58,968 nucleotides of DNA, filler included, from Sphacelaria rigidula (GCA_964200075.2; 6 parts of 6 records of this genome joined end to end with filler, not necessarily neighbours in it); one strand, 5' to 3'. Shown: positions 33,005 through 46,570, counted from the first letter of the whole stretch. Program-made: numbers and translations. The notes: generated from the sequence alone by a model not told the origin.

Positions 33005-35229
33005 ATCAAAGCATCGCATCGAAAACATAGGGGTTCACAAAAAACAACACGCTCCGAAACGACACATTGTTCTGCAGTTCGGGGAACTGTTCACATCCTG
33101 TTGCAATCTTTCTAACAAAAAATCGCAGTGTGCCTCCGCAGCGTGAGATGGCGGTATTAGTTGAAACGGAAGATACCCCGTCAACAACAACAGCAGCTGT
33201 CGTGGAGCCACGCATAATAATCGAAGAAGACACTCGATCACCTGATGTACCTAAAGTATTCAAGCGCATCATTTTTGGAAGGACAGCATGCACGTGGTCG
33301 GCGACGAATAAAGGGAAATGATACAAATCGCCAACCCGTCGAGCCGACATGTGAACCCGAAACGCCATGCCATTTTAGGCACCGTTATCCCCAGATGAGA
33401 TTTGCGACAACCTCAGTGTTAGAGATAGACTCCAGGGAAAGTCCGGAAATAACGGGTTGTTTTCTTGGAAAACAACAGTCGTTCATTTTTCAATAGGTGT
33501 CAAGTGTTAGAGCAAGAAAATTTCAGTTTGAACAGGGGAACATGTACTTACGATACCCCTGAATACTGCTCTACATATTTCATTCCGAGCGATATTCACC
33601 AAATACACCCACAGTTGTTGCGAATCCCATCTCAGGGGAGGGTGCCAGTGCTGATCGTCGCTTGATCAGCGCCCGTTTGGGACCGTCAGAAGGGATATTC
33701 AAAGTAAACTAGAGCTGCCGCGGCTTTTAAATTCAAAAGAAACGGCTCGAATTTATGAAGCGCGTTGCACTACGACAGTAGTGTTGTTCAACAGCTCCAC
33801 CGCGAAACCGGTTCTCAACACAACCACGGCGGAGGTGGCCATACAAGGCGTGATAGCTGGTTCAGACTAGATGAAGCGCCTCGCATGGGCACTACTGGCG
33901 ACACAACCCCAGGCGTCGGACTAATCCTTACCCCCGTTGTGTGTGTCTGCAGCTTCATCGTGGGGCACCCATTTGATCTAACTGACCCCTGTACTGTGGT
34001 GTTACTGTGCTGTGGTGACGGTATATCTCAGCAGACTGCTGAATGACGCTGCGTTTCGAAGATCATTGGTGTCTGCCGCCGCATTGTATCGTTTCGCTGA
34101 CGGCGGTCGTCGCCGGCGTAACAGTGTGAAGTCTCTCTCAAATACACAACAACAAGAGGCGCTGGAAAACTCGATGACTAATCCAAAGAAGTATGTTTTC
34201 AGCATGCTTTGTTACGTGTTCCGCAGCGCTTAAACGCAAGGGTTGCTCGATAGATGCGGCAGAATGAATTAGGGCGGCTTTTCGGTTGGACTGCACACCA
34301 TCATGCTTTCGCTCCAGTTCAGAAACTTCTGAACTAGGGGCACATGGACGAAACCGGTTGCGACTCCCGAGCCTTTTGAACAAAGTAAATGGAATTTCGA
34401 TGGTCCGTTAAACCTCATCAAAATGTTCAACCTGAATAACGATTCCAGGGTGTTTACTCATGTACCAATCATACCAGGATTCAGAGAGGTCGAACCCGAA
34501 ACTCGAATTACCAAGGAGAGGACCTTTCATGATAACCGAGAGACGATCGCCGGTGGTATAAAGAATCAAAGTAGGCGACGACGCTAAAAAAAGGTCAGTA
34601 CATCTCGCTCACTTGAAGAAACATCGTCCGCGGGAAACCCCACCCGCATTAGATTTTGATAAACCGAGCGAGTTGTTCATAGGTGAACGGATACCTCTCC
34701 CAGAGAGAGACCAGTCAGACAAAACGCTGCCTACAATGGAACACCTCATCGATATATACCGTCATGACAATGGGCAGCTGAGTGCTCACATCAGGAGTTG
34801 AAATCCAAAAAATACCGGGAAACGATAACGGATGTGACTGTTCAACAGACTGCTCAAGCGTCCTAGCAAAACGCTTAACCGCTAGACAGCGAGAGTAGGT
34901 CATTTGTGGAATCGGCATCAATTTTACTTGAAAAAAGTATGCATGATCCAGGAAGACTACCCTCGCGGTCGAAGGGTTGATGCCGATCCAACAGAAGACT
35001 ACCCTCGCGGTCTAAGGGTTGAGAGTTGAGCAGTAGCCTGGGACCACAACTCGGAGATCAATGAGAGTCACCACAAAAAAAGACGACGTTAGAACAATGC
35101 AGACCTGAATGGAAGAATATCTGACATGTCAGCGGTGACAGGGGTGTAACTTCCCAAGGAAAATAGTCTCTCAGCAATGGGAGTAGTTGCTGACAAAATG
35201 CAAATATTATTTCGATGATGTTTAACCAA

Positions 35230-36050
35230 AGAGCACAATTCTCGCAAGATAAACACCATACCCACCGCTTTGTTACTCACGCGAGGACTTCGTCCTACTC
35301 TGGTGTCAGCGGAACCGAGGGCATCCCAGAACCCAAACGTCAGTAATCCAGGCGCCCGTGGACCGATCAGTATCCCAGTGCCCAGGCACGTATAAACAGC
35401 AGATGCATCCAGTACCAAGGTGCAAAGGCATCTCGTGGAAGACTATGTCACATATGACACACTTACATGCCACAAAATGATAAGAAGCAAAAATAATGTC
35501 GATGTTCATCTAAGAGCACAATGTCGCAAGATACACATCAGACCCACTGCTTTGGTACTAACACGAGGACTTCGTTCTACTCCGGTGTCAGTGGAACCAA
35601 AGACATCCCGGAACCCGGGCATGAATGCCTCAAGCGCCCGAGGACCGGTCAGTGTCCCAGTGCTAGCCATGTATACCTGACGGATGCAGAATGCACCGAA
35701 GTGCACAAGCGTTCCATAAAACAAAATGTGTCACACATGACACAGCTACATGACACGAAATGACAAGAAGCAAGGGTCATGTTGACGGTGTTAACCAGAA
35801 GAGCACAGTGCGCACAGGTTAAAAACATTTTAAACACCGCCTTGTTACTAACCCGAGACCTTCATCCTACTCCGGTGTCAGCGGCACCGGAGGCATCCCG
35901 GAACCCGGGCAAGAATAACCCAGGCGCCCGTGGACCGATCAGTGTCCAAGTCCCAGCCATGCATACCAGCAGATGCAACTAGCACCAAAGTGCAAATGCA
36001 TCTGACGGAAACATGTCAAATATGACACAGCTACATGACAGACAAAACCA
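35230..36050 (+). repeat. Three ~285-bp tandem repeats in the 3' noncoding part of the LTR element
   Basis: Unit anchors cac(c/t)gc(t/c)ttg(t/g)tact at about 35263, 35545 and 35835. Confidence 0.85.
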
Positions 36051-36255
36051 TGATTAAAAAGTTTGCAATACATGCACTGTTACTGACTACAGGTAGCTGA
36101 AATTTACTGGGGGTGTTTCCTCAAAACCATAGTACAGAGAAGGGCTACCTTTGCGATTAGTGTTGGCGTGGTTCAATCAATGATTATCTCTCAAAGACAC
36201 TTCCACGATGATCGCGTCGTCCCCCCAGCCGCAGTCCTGATGGCTTGAAGCGCCT

Positions 36256-36269
36256 AAAGGGGGAGGAAA
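36256..36269 (+). promoter_or_regulatory. Polypurine tract
   Basis: AAAGGGGGAGGAAA directly before the 3' LTR TG. Confidence 0.85.
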
Positions 36270-36593
36270 TGTGGAAGACTCCTTTTCGCAGTGACATGTA
36301 TGAAGAACCAGCGCATACAAGGTAAGAACGGTCCAGATGGACCAGATTACCGAGGACCCTGTGATGCCAACGATACTGGACAACTTGGGGTGATGCCAGG
36401 AAGAGCCTGATATCAGGACGGACTAACATCCCCCGAGGAACTGGTCGCCCCCAGGCAACCACTTCTCGTCTGACCCCCTTCTTGCCAAACATATACAAGA
36501 GGAAATCATCGCGAGTCTCGGAGTTCCTTCGGCATCAGGACGGCAGTCTCCCCCGTAGGTCTTTGTCTACTCTAGCGATACTTCTTCCTCACA
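36270..36593 (+). repeat. 3' LTR
   Basis: TGTGGAAG...CCTCACA, matches the 5' LTR. Confidence 0.92.
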
Positions 36594-37496
36594 CACACAC
36601 GCATACATATTTATATACATTTACACAGAGATGTACACACACGTACAGTGGCAATGCATCAACAGAGTATAGTAGCGCTTTGTTTTAGACCCACTGAGCA
36701 CTTCTAGAGACAAATGGCTACAGACCAAGTTACCGACTTCTGCTGCTGTGGCTACGGCTTTGAGCAGCTGCTGAGGTCGTGGCCACGACCACAACAAAAG
36801 CAGCCGTTACAGCTCTCACGAGGACGGGCTATTGACCCCATGGTACACTCGTGGTATCCCCTCCTTTGCCAGCTTGAGGAAGCAAATACAGCAGACCCGC
36901 GGCGCTTTCTGCTCTCGGACATGGCATCTCCCAGCTTTCGTACACTGACAAACACCACGGGGGTTCGCAATGGCCAGTTGCCCGATCTTGGTACGTGCGG
37001 CTGTCGTGATGCTTCCCGGAAAGTTCGAACTCTTTCGGCTTTTGCAAAAATTTAGCGCATGAAACGTTGCCGACGCCCAATTTTTGGACAAGTCAGAGGA
37101 AAAATCCAGATTTCGGAAGAACTGGGAAAAATCTGAAAAAGTCTCATGCACAAAGGCCCGTTCATATCCCAAGAACAAGGGGTTCTGGAACACGGGAAAG
37201 AGTCCTTCGTATGGGAATGAACGGGGGTCGAAAGAGTAAAGCTAGTGGGAGAGGGTGCTCGTCAACGGTAACTCAGGGGATAGTTGATCCCTCTGGAGGT
37301 GAAATGGCTTAGTTGATAGCTCGTTGCCCTGTGGAGACTCGGCAGAGAAAGGGCAAAGTACATTATCTTCCGGTATTAATAATAACTCCTTCACTCTTGA
37401 CTTATCAATCAAACCTAGACTGTAGACCGCAGGCTCCTCTCGAGATGCTACCATACCCCAAGTGCAAGAAACCAAGTCAAGTGAAGAGTAATGCTA

Positions 37497-37730
37497 CGGT
37501 AGAGGTGCACAAATATTTTCTGAGGTTCAAATGGTCAGGAGCCCCTTATCTCATCCAAAACACGACTTATGAAAAATGTGAGAGTACGCCAGGATTCTTA
37601 TTTCAATGTGCTAGGGACAACCCGAATGAATTTGCGAACGGGAATGCCCTGACCTATATTCTTGTGCATCTAGAATCGTTAGGAGCCCCTGAACCAGACA
37701 AGATTTTGCGCAAAAAGTGCACCCCTACCG
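37497..37730. mobile_element. MITE with CGGTAGGGGTGCAC-type TIRs and TA flanks, copy B
   Basis: TA|cggtagaggtgcac ... gtgcacccctaccg|TA. Confidence 0.8.
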
Positions 37731-38399
37731 TAGCATTGCTCTGAAACGAGGTGGGTGTCTCGTGACATATATATGCGGTACAAATATCCTGATAGTCTCA
37801 ATTACGTGATTGCCCCAATCTTCAATTTGCCCCCGCTAATCTGAATGTACTCAATCTGACCCACTTGCACGAGCTTCCTACTGCTAGTACACATGCACAA
37901 TGATCTAGTCCCGGCACATTCGTACAACTCCCCTGACTGGAGCTTGATCTTTGACATTGATTATCACGCGCACAAAACCTGTTAGCTCATTACTCACGCC
38001 CAAGTCAAATGATGCTCATAACATGATCACGGTGAAACTCAAATGACTCGTCAATATAAAAGGCCATACCTGCCTGGAGAAAAGTGTCTACTGTATTATG
38101 TCCCCCCTTGATCAAATATTACTGTGCCTTTCGCAAAAGTATACTCCAGGCAAAAGATCAAGCTATATTTCTTCCGTTATAAAAAATGGTTATTCCGAAA
38201 TCCAAAATCAGCGAATGAAATCGACCACAATACTCCGCTCCGGGCCTCTATATATCCAAGGGCTCATGTTATTAAATCTCCGACCCCCCTGATTTTCTTC
38301 GTGACCGCACTACTTGGTTCGAAACATTTGTTATTATACCAAAATCTAAACTTATGAAAAACCGTAGAGACCATGATCAAGCCCAAACTGAACTACCGT

Positions 38400-39282
38400 A
38401 GCAAATGTTATACGGAACAATCCATGTGGTGGTGCAGTACGAAACAATCCAAAAAGGATCGAACCGAAATCCCGATATAAAATCAACATGACAAGCCTAA
38501 ATATCCAGGCGCTGTTCACTCACGCCAACTACTTTTACGGAAAATGATCCCCGGCAAAGTCGATCACTGCACGTATCCTGAAACGTTCAGTGAAGCACGC
38601 CAGCCATAAACTATTGCCAAGCCTGATGTATTTTCTCAAAGTAAATTACTGTAACCAGGTAGTATTCGCCAACATGATCGATCGAAGGGCTTCTTTGGAA
38701 TCAAAATGACGCCAAGCATGATCCCACTGACAAACTGGAGCTGCCAACAAGCGAACACTTGGATTGGCCACATTCGGAGAATACAATGCTCCGAAGTCTA
38801 TCTCCGGCCTCTACATTTCTCCTCTGGACATAAGGTCGGCGGCAACGGCGTCGGACGCAGGATTATCGGTGGTGGTATGGAAGTCGGCGGGAACAGCATC
38901 GGATTCGGGGTTGTTGGCGACGGTATCGATGAGGTCGGCGGCAACGACATCGTATTTGGGGTTGTCGGTGACGGTATCGATGAGGTCGGCGGCAGCGGCA
39001 GTTGCTGTGGCATTATCGTCAGGGTCGACGCTAGTGGAAGTTACCGTGGAGGCTAGGGTACGTTTGCATCATGTGTTGGCGGCGACGGCTGCGGTATCGG
39101 CAACGTCGACGGTAGCGGCGGCGTAGGTGGCGACTCGGATTTTACAGCGTGATTCGACGGCTGTGGGGATCCCAGCGGGTCGGCACGGTACGAACTTAAT
39201 CCCCCCCTCCCCCGCCCCCTCCTGCTCCGGCCCCGAAGGGGTGCGTGGTCACTGGTCCAACGACGACGGCAAACAACAAATG
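38400..39282 (-). mobile_element. Degenerate Ty1/copia relic (Pro/Ser-rich IN-RT spacer and RT N-terminal part)
   Basis: VANPSVRLLAA..C....RHFD is copia RT-like. Upstream 51-bp Pro-rich repeats. Confidence 0.55.
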
Positions 39283-39382
39283 NNNNNNNNNNNNNNNNNN
39301 NNNNNNNNNNNNNNNNNNNNNNNNNNTTAATTAATTAANNNNNNNNNNNNNNNNNNNNNNNNNNNNNNNNNNNNNNNNNNNN
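39283..39382. other. Artificial contig linker
   Basis: N44-TTAATTAATTAA-N44. Confidence 0.98.
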
Positions 39383-39678
39383 ATCTGAAGAACGGTACTC
39401 CAGAAAAACTCAGAAAAAAGGACCACTACGAATTCTGAAAACTTCTGCTGCTGACTACTGTAGTAAATACCCCTCGCCGGCCAAACGATTGACCTATTGA
39501 ACGCCGGGGTGGATCATCTGAATTTTGGGGTATATCCGCGGTTGTGAAGGCCGAAGTCTCGCGTGTCCAGTTTGACCTGACTCAAGAAATGAAACCACTG
39601 GAAATTTGGTAGAAACGCCGAATCCGACATGTTTTGCAATATTGACGCTCGTTCCACTGGAAAATGACCATTGGCCGT

Positions 39679-39682
<4 letters not shown>

Positions 39683-39710
<28 letters not shown>
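39683..39710. repeat. (GATT)7 microsatellite
   Basis: Direct read. Confidence 0.95.
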
Positions 39711-39712
<2 letters not shown>

Positions 39713-39750
39713 CGATAAAAAGTCAACCTCAGCTTGGATCACTTTACATT

Positions 39751-40190
39751 TTATATTTTTTTGCATGCCGTTCGTAATGTGCGCCATTCGAGTTTATCTC
39801 GAGATGACCCCAGTCTCACCGTTGATCTCGCCCTTTCTCTCTCCATCCAAGCGATTTCGAAGTCCGCTTTGCTTTCAGCATCCTCGAACCACCCCAGTAT
39901 ATGTGGCTTTCGGGTCAGACGGGGTATCACCTTTTCAGCGGCACTGAAGAGTACGTCGGCAAAGTTCGTAGCCAGGGAGCTGACTTTATCACCAGGTATA
40001 CTCTGGTCGAGCTCGCTGATGATGAGCTCGGTGAGCTGCTCACGTCTAACGGGGTCAGATACTATTGCCCGTCGGTCGATCGGTATACGCCCAGTTGGGA
40101 TTCGTCTAGGTCTGTTTTGTGCGAAGCGACCAAGGAGCCGTACTGAGGCGCACACAATGCTGTGGTCAGAGTTCGGCGAGTTGGGGGGTT
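39751..40190 (-). mobile_element. LINE fragment (end of APE endonuclease and linker, RTE-like)
   Basis: SDHSIVCASVRLLGRFA...AAEKVIPR...GWFED...WRTLRTACKK. Confidence 0.75.
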
Positions 40191-40231
40191 GAACGTGGAC
40201 GGCGACATTGCGAACGAGCCTGCGGTGATCT

Positions 40232-40648
40232 TGGATTCTCGAAAATGAGGTTGAAAAAAAATGAGGTTCAATTCAAAAGCCGCGCTTCCCCTGACCTAAA
40301 TTCATGACAAATGACATCCATGCGGACGATCGCATCCCTCCCGACCTCCCTACAACTACTTCCGGGGATTTCTAGGCTGCCGTTCCCTCAAAGGGTATGT
40401 ACGAAAGCACACTTTTGCCTCAATTTCGGGGTGAAACGGGGACGTTTTTTGGCCCAAAAATCGTGCTTTCGCACATACCCTCTGGGGAAACGACAGGTTA
40501 GAAATCCCCCGAAATAGTTTCAGGGAGGTCGGGAGGGATGGGGTCGTCCAAATGAAAGCTATTTGTCATGAATTTAGGTCAGGAAAAGCACAGCTTTTGA
40601 GTTGAACCTCATTTTGTGTTTTCCGACCCCATTTTAGAGAATCCACTG
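40232..40648. mobile_element. ~415-bp MITE with ~120-bp imperfect TIRs
   Basis: tggattctcgaaaatg..ctgacctaaattcatgacaaat..catccctcccgacctccct mirrored on the right. Related ends at 1-56, 29402-29437 and 30542-30596. Confidence 0.85.
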
Positions 40649-41513
40649 TTCATTCTTACATTCGAGATGATACGCAAGAGAATGGGTCAGGATATTCCCG
40701 TTTTAAACGTCAGCCGAGACATCCCTAGCCCATTGGAATGCCAATCGTGTCGTACTCCAACATATTCCATACGTCGTTTGTGAATGAGATGATGGACTCC
40801 AAGCAATTTAAATATGAGAAATGCTGTGTGCCCCTGCCGCGGCACCACTCTCCCCAGGGTGTTTGCAATCCTCTTATTATGAAAACAAAAGGTAACCCTA
40901 CTTTGGGTAGGTTGTATGCTTTCTGTCCGTACCGCTCACGTGTGCAGACTTAAATAATGTCCGGCCGCAAATGATCAACACGGTTGACAGTAGGCCCTCT
41001 TCCGCTGAGAATGTTCGGCGACGGCATGCGTTGGTATCATCCCCGTCAAAAGAGATGAGGGGCGGGGGGAATCAGGAAGGAGTAGATCAGGGTGAACACG
41101 TTCTAGCGATGCCTCTCGCTTGTTTGGGGGCATCGCCATCCGAATTTCACTGGCCCTGACGGTAGACAATAATCCCCGAGTGATGCCGCGATCCAAGTTG
41201 GCACCCAATCTGTCACAAGGAGACTGACCATATATTACATGATGGCTTGTTTCAGACTGCATGTAGCGTCTCATATGAGCGACAATGGCGGAAATGATCC
41301 CAAGCGTGGGAGTCCTAGCGGGTCGATGTGCTCAGCTTTTGTCATAATATGATCTTCATGTAGCTTTTGTCTTCTCAAACCAGTAAAATTCTTGGGGAGG
41401 CTATCGCGGTATCTCTCCGCTGGGCGTTCTTGGGCAAGGTATGGAATACTCCTAATATTTTGCTTAAGGTGACTACAATGCCGGGAAGAAAAAGGAAAAC
41501 CAACTCTAGTAAG

Positions 41514-41760
41514 GACACTTTCTACGATAGCCCCCCCTCAAAGAATGGCTAGTTTGGATAGGCAAAATCTACACATAAAATCAAAATGAAAAAAGCAGGG
41601 TGCAACGAGCAGCTGGGAATTCGAACGCTTGGGTTCGTATCGCTTATATCGCCCATATGAGGCGCTTCATCAGCCTGAACCCAAACATCAGGCGCTGCAT
41701 GACCATTTTCTCCGTGACAGTTTTGGACTAGTTTTTTTAGGGGGTATCGTAGAAAGTGTC
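41514..41760 (-). mobile_element. GACAC-TIR MITE, copy 2
   Basis: TIRs with TAAG/CAAG flanks (4-bp TSD, one mismatch). Confidence 0.88.
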
Positions 41761-41974
41761 CAAGGGTAGGTTGAAGGCTTTCTATCGGTACCACTCACAT
41801 GTGCAGATTCATTGTTGTCCGGCCGTAAATGACTTGAACAATGCATAACACTCCCTTCTCGCTGAAATTGTCCGGCAACAGCTCACAGGCAGTTGGGTAG
41901 GGTGAACATATGTTCTGACGATGCGTCCTATGTAAATGCTCATGTATCAGGCCAGAACGGAAGATAACACTCCC

Positions 41975-42086
41975 CACGGGTGGCCACTGGGGTGCCCGTA
42001 ACCTCAAATTTGGACGTTACAGACGTTGCACAAGGTCTGTAACGTCCAAAGCATTGAGGTTGCAGGCACCCCAGTGGCCACCCGTG
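41975..42086. mobile_element. 112-bp near-complete palindrome (CACGG-ended mini-MITE)
   Basis: Perfect 22-bp outer stem CACGGGTGGCCACTGGGGTGCC plus inner stems, CC flanks. Confidence 0.85.
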
Positions 42087-42429
42087 CCATCGTGTGTGGG
42101 CAGGCGATAGAGCAATCTCGCCCCCCTGGGTGAGCAGAAACGCCATTAATTTATTATTTTTGCTCTGTATCGATGGGTTCGTGTGCTTAGGTGCATCGCC
42201 ATTTGTGTGTACCACGCCGAAACGGTGGATGCCACCCGTGAGATCAACTATATATGTAATATATAGTGGGGGTGCGTGTATTAAGGTACTGAGTTTTCAG
42301 TTTTTCACTCTTTTATGTTTCATACTCGAAATATATCGAAAATGCTTTCATAGAAACCACGAAGTATTGCCATTCCCGCGCTATAGGCCGAAACGGTGGG
42401 TACCACCGCCAAATTCGGAGTAGAAGTCA

Positions 42430-42675
42430 GACATTTTCTACGATAGCCCCGCCTAAAAAAGGGCATGGTTTTGGGAGGCAAAATCTTCACGTAAATCGAA
42501 ACGGGAAAAACCGAGCACAACGAGAAGCTGGGAATTCCCACACTTGGGTTCGTTATAGCCAATGTCGCAAATTTGAGGCGCTTCATGCAGCCTGAACCCG
42601 AACTTCAGGCGCTGTGTGACCATTTTTTTCGTGACACTTTTAGCTGGTTTGGGGGGAGCTATCGTAGAAAGTGTC
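42430..42675 (-). mobile_element. GACAC-TIR MITE, copy 3
   Basis: TIRs with perfect GTCA 4-bp TSD. Confidence 0.9.
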
Positions 42676-43559
42676 GTCACATCTCGGAGACGTCTGTTTT
42701 CTCGTTCCCTGCGCGACCATGCAGTCTCCGCCAAATGCACGTTGACCCGTGTTGTTTATACTGTAAACCGTCAAGCACGATTAGCAATTTTTGGGCTCGT
42801 CGTGACGTTTCTTGCGCGTTGAACTCGAAAATATTTTGAAGCATGGCCTGGACCATCGCGAATGTGCCTCCAATTCATCTCTCAAGTGCAAATGGTGTCA
42901 GTTCAACGGATTAACCCTCTGATCACCAAACGTCGTAATGTTTTTCAAGCACTTTTTTAAAATGATTTCTGGCGACACTCTGATGAAACTTCTTGGTTCG
43001 CAGCCCACGATGGGCAACGGACACTGGCACGCAACTTGGCTGTTGGAGAGCTCGGTACCTGTGGGTCTTGCACTGCACCCGGCTCCGTGCAAAACGTTCA
43101 TAATTTACTCTTAACGGCTGAATGCACAGTCGGGCACTGGCAAGAATCCAAGGAAACCGGGTTCGAAGATACTTCTTACTTATTCGGGCACAACATTTCA
43201 TGCTGCCACTTTTTCTCGGATTTGGATACTGTACCCGAAGTCCGAGCACACGAGGATTGATCCTTCACAACTGAGCGAATATGGTACCGGAGTATGTTTC
43301 AATCGATTTTACGCAAGGCTTTTTACCCGACAAGGGATGGGTGGGGGAAGCTGTGTTAACATGGAAACTGTTTTACTCCTGTCTTCTCTTTTCAGTCGTT
43401 GATATTGCCTATGCGGGTGGTTTTTTTGCTGTTGTGTTCCTGGCTGTGCTTCAGTATTTTATGCTTCTGTGTCCTTAGTTTAATCACTTCCGGAGCTTCC
43501 TTTTCCTCTCTGTTCTCCCTCTATTTTGCTGTTTTTTCCCCCTCAGTGTTACATGAGTA

Positions 43560-45490
43560 GCAAAGGTCTGACATAAAATACATTCAAGGTGTCGAGACAT
43601 GTGTCCATGTGTACCTTGCCAATGATAATATGTCGAAATTCAAACCCTACCTCGAAAAGGTTGGCCCGGCGTGGCGATTTTGCAGAAATTGTCCCGGAAT
43701 CGCTCCGCATACAAACTTCCATACAATACAGAGAATATGTTGTTTCGGTCATGGCCTTCGAGCGGCGATGGGTAAAAGAATGACAGCTTCACCGTTCCTT
43801 TCTCGCATCAGGATCAGCAAAATTTCGCAACAGTTGATTTTGATCCAGAATTTCAGGACAGTCAATACAAAAGCTCGTTAACGCAAAAAATGTAAAACCA
43901 CCGGCGCAAGTTTCACGACATCAGCACGGCGCATTCCAACTCTGGATAGCTCCGTGTGACCGCCTTCACTTCTCGATTGCAACGACATGCTCAGCTTGCC
44001 CTGGCGTTTGAACCATATCACCATCCGACCCATGATGGATTCGTTAGTCGACCCAGCTTGTACGTGCCATTTTTTCGCAGCGGTGCTCAGAATGCGTTAC
44101 GGATGCTGCGGTTTGATGGACTACGCAACTCACGTATTAGTCAGTGTACTATTCCTCTCCAGTCACGGCGGATCAGTGTATGCTTCTCTCTGCCGAAGAT
44201 GCCTCTATCTTCGAGCATTTCCAATCCAACATGATCTCGACGGAGTTGGTGAATCGTCGAAGGGGAATCATGCCCCTCCTTGACCGCAACCCTCAGCTGC
44301 GATAGTTCGCTGTGTGTTTCTTACATTCGAGACTCACCGTACCGGAGACACTTACAATCCAGGGCTAAATAGCAGCATGACCATCTCCGGGGGGGGTGGA
44401 CTGCCTTACTGGTGCATGGGCAAGAAGTATATCTGCAGGCACGCTCGTGTGGTCTTCAGCATTGTCCCTTGCAGCGGAGAGAAAATCTTGTGAAGAGCTC
44501 AACGTCTTCGTACGTTGAATTCACGGTGTGCTTAGTTGTAAGCACGGATCGGATCATCAGAAGCGTCGGTTTCGATTGTCTGGTGCAATCGTCCCCCCAG
44601 TCACTTTCGTTCCGAGATCTTCTTCGAATGTCAACGACGGTTGGCGAGTGTACCAACCACGGCACTGACCAGGTGTGCCGCTGAATGCGGCGCATCACTT
44701 CAATCAAACTGTCACAAGGGCTTGGCGAAGACTAGGTGAGATTCGTATGACGCGGCAGATGATCGGCTCGCTGGAACCCCTGCCCAAGTGGAACTCATGT
44801 CTTTTACAAAAAGGCGGACTTTGCATCCAAAAGACATGGGCTACTACAGGTCTGCAAGAGAAGCTTTACTTTGTATCAACCGATGAACACGCCCTGATAT
44901 TATTCATACGGTACTAACGCTGGCGAGTAGTATGCCAGAGCCAAGGGCAATGACCAATCTAAAGCGAGCGTTTCGTCGTTTGCAAGGAACAACCACATTC
45001 GACACTACGTACATCAGATGATTCAGGCAAGGATATGTGGACTCAGATCCTGCCAGAGACAAGGATGAAGGCCACTCGACGGCGGAAGCCGTTATCCATC
45101 TCTCTGGATCGCCACTTGATTGAACATCCCAACTTCACCGTGTCGTCGCTATCTGTAGCGCGGAAACAGAGTATATCGCTCTTGCGAAAGTGTTCACGAT
45201 AATTTACACTTAAGACGTTATTGGAGGCCGTGAGCCCCAAGCAAGAGAAGGGTATTGTTCATTGTGGGGACAACACAGGAGCTCTAAAAAAACTGCGTCG
45301 TACCGACAATGTTACTTCCAGAACAGAACAGTGTTGGCATTAAGTTTCACCATGTTAGATCGTGGGTAAAAGGAAATGTTGTAGATCCGCTGTACATTCC
45401 AAGAGACCTGCAACACGCCGACATTTTTAGCAAACGACTTGGAGCAGTGAAGTTCCTCCAAATCAGGCTGATGCTGATCGCTGAATGAGC
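43560..45490 (+). mobile_element. Degenerate Ty1/copia relic (IN, RT, RNase H)
   Basis: RNase H is clear: DSDPARDKDEGHST...VVAICSAETEYIALA...DNTGAL...IKFHHVRSWV...QHADIFSKRL. Upstream motifs are weaker and the left boundary is approximate. Confidence 0.8.
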
Positions 45491-46425
45491 TTGGTTGGTT
45501 AGATTCTGAGAGCTATGTTTTTTTGAGTACATGATGGTACGTCCGTTCGTCTTGAGAGGACATGTCAGGTTATGACAACATCGACCAAGACCGCACTGCT
45601 ATGTGCATGATATGGAATCTCAGAATGAGCGGAGGATGTATGGCTGTTTTGGTGTTTATGTAACTGTGATCGGTGCAGGAGCTTTTTGTCGTGGCAAATA
45701 CCTGGATTGCTTCACTCTGAGCCGGGGTGGTCTCGTCGCACCCATGCCGATTACTGTTGTCAGATAACAAGAAGCTACCTTGGGTTATGTAGCATGCTCT
45801 TCAACATAGCAGTCCTGGCATAAAACTAAATGATGGACGTTCAACGGACATACCCATGGGCGGCTACAGCGCGAGCCGGGTACAGGATAATGTTAAGTCT
45901 CAAGCTTTAACAGCTTATTGTGATTGGCGAGGCGGGTGCACGTTTCGCGCCTTTATGCATTATCCTACCGTGAGTACTGAGTTCTCATACGTTTAAAAGC
46001 GTTTTGCTGCCAGCCCCACGAGGTGACTATTGTTCTGTTGTGCGACGGCAATTCGCTACGTGTCGAAGCTTACGCACAGATAACTTGGAACATGGCTTGT
46101 GTGCCGCAACGATCTTTTCTGGGTAGGTGTTGTATCTCCACTCAAAACAACCATTCCGACGCCCCCACCCCCCTCCGCAAAGGCCGACCGTTGGCATCGC
46201 ACTTGTGGCCGGTGTGGTCAAGGGATTGGCCCTTCTCCTGCAAAGGTGCCAGGCATATTTTGATGCCGGAACATTCGTTGACCGAAACAAGGCCATAAAA
46301 AGCCGACGTTGTCACAAATGAACAAAACGAGGGAGTAACTCTGGCATGGTCACTTCGTGGCAGTGCTGCATCCGCCGTACTGTTGTACATGAAGTTGCTA
46401 CATCGCCCTTGCTCCCCCTGATCTA

Positions 46426-46570
46426 CAGATTGAGTCATCCTACGATTGGGGGGGGGGTATTTGGTTGCACGAAAAAAGAGGCTCATAAGTGTGTCAGACA
46501 TCTGACTCGAAATTTCGAGCAACAAATGGCCCAAAATACCCCCCCCCCGTATCGTAGGATGACTTGATTG
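46426..46570. mobile_element. 145-bp MITE with TA TSD (Tc1/mariner-like)
   Basis: TA|cagattgagtcatcctacgat..G-run / C-run..atcgtaggatgacttgattg|TA. Confidence 0.8.

Larger units (their letters stand above)
31152..36593 (+). mobile_element. Fully bounded Ty3/gypsy LTR retrotransposon, internally deleted and non-autonomous
   Basis: TG...CA LTR pair, CACA flanks, PBS, PPT, protease and GPF-type integrase tail. No recognisable RT or RNase H. Confidence 0.9.

Noticed and set aside
36714..37055. 113-aa ORF, possible Harbinger transposase fragment
   Set aside because: No diagnostic DDE motif and no splice support.
38798..39013. Proline-rich extensin-like protein
   Set aside because: Upstream in-frame stops, no splice support, and it sits directly before copia RT motifs.
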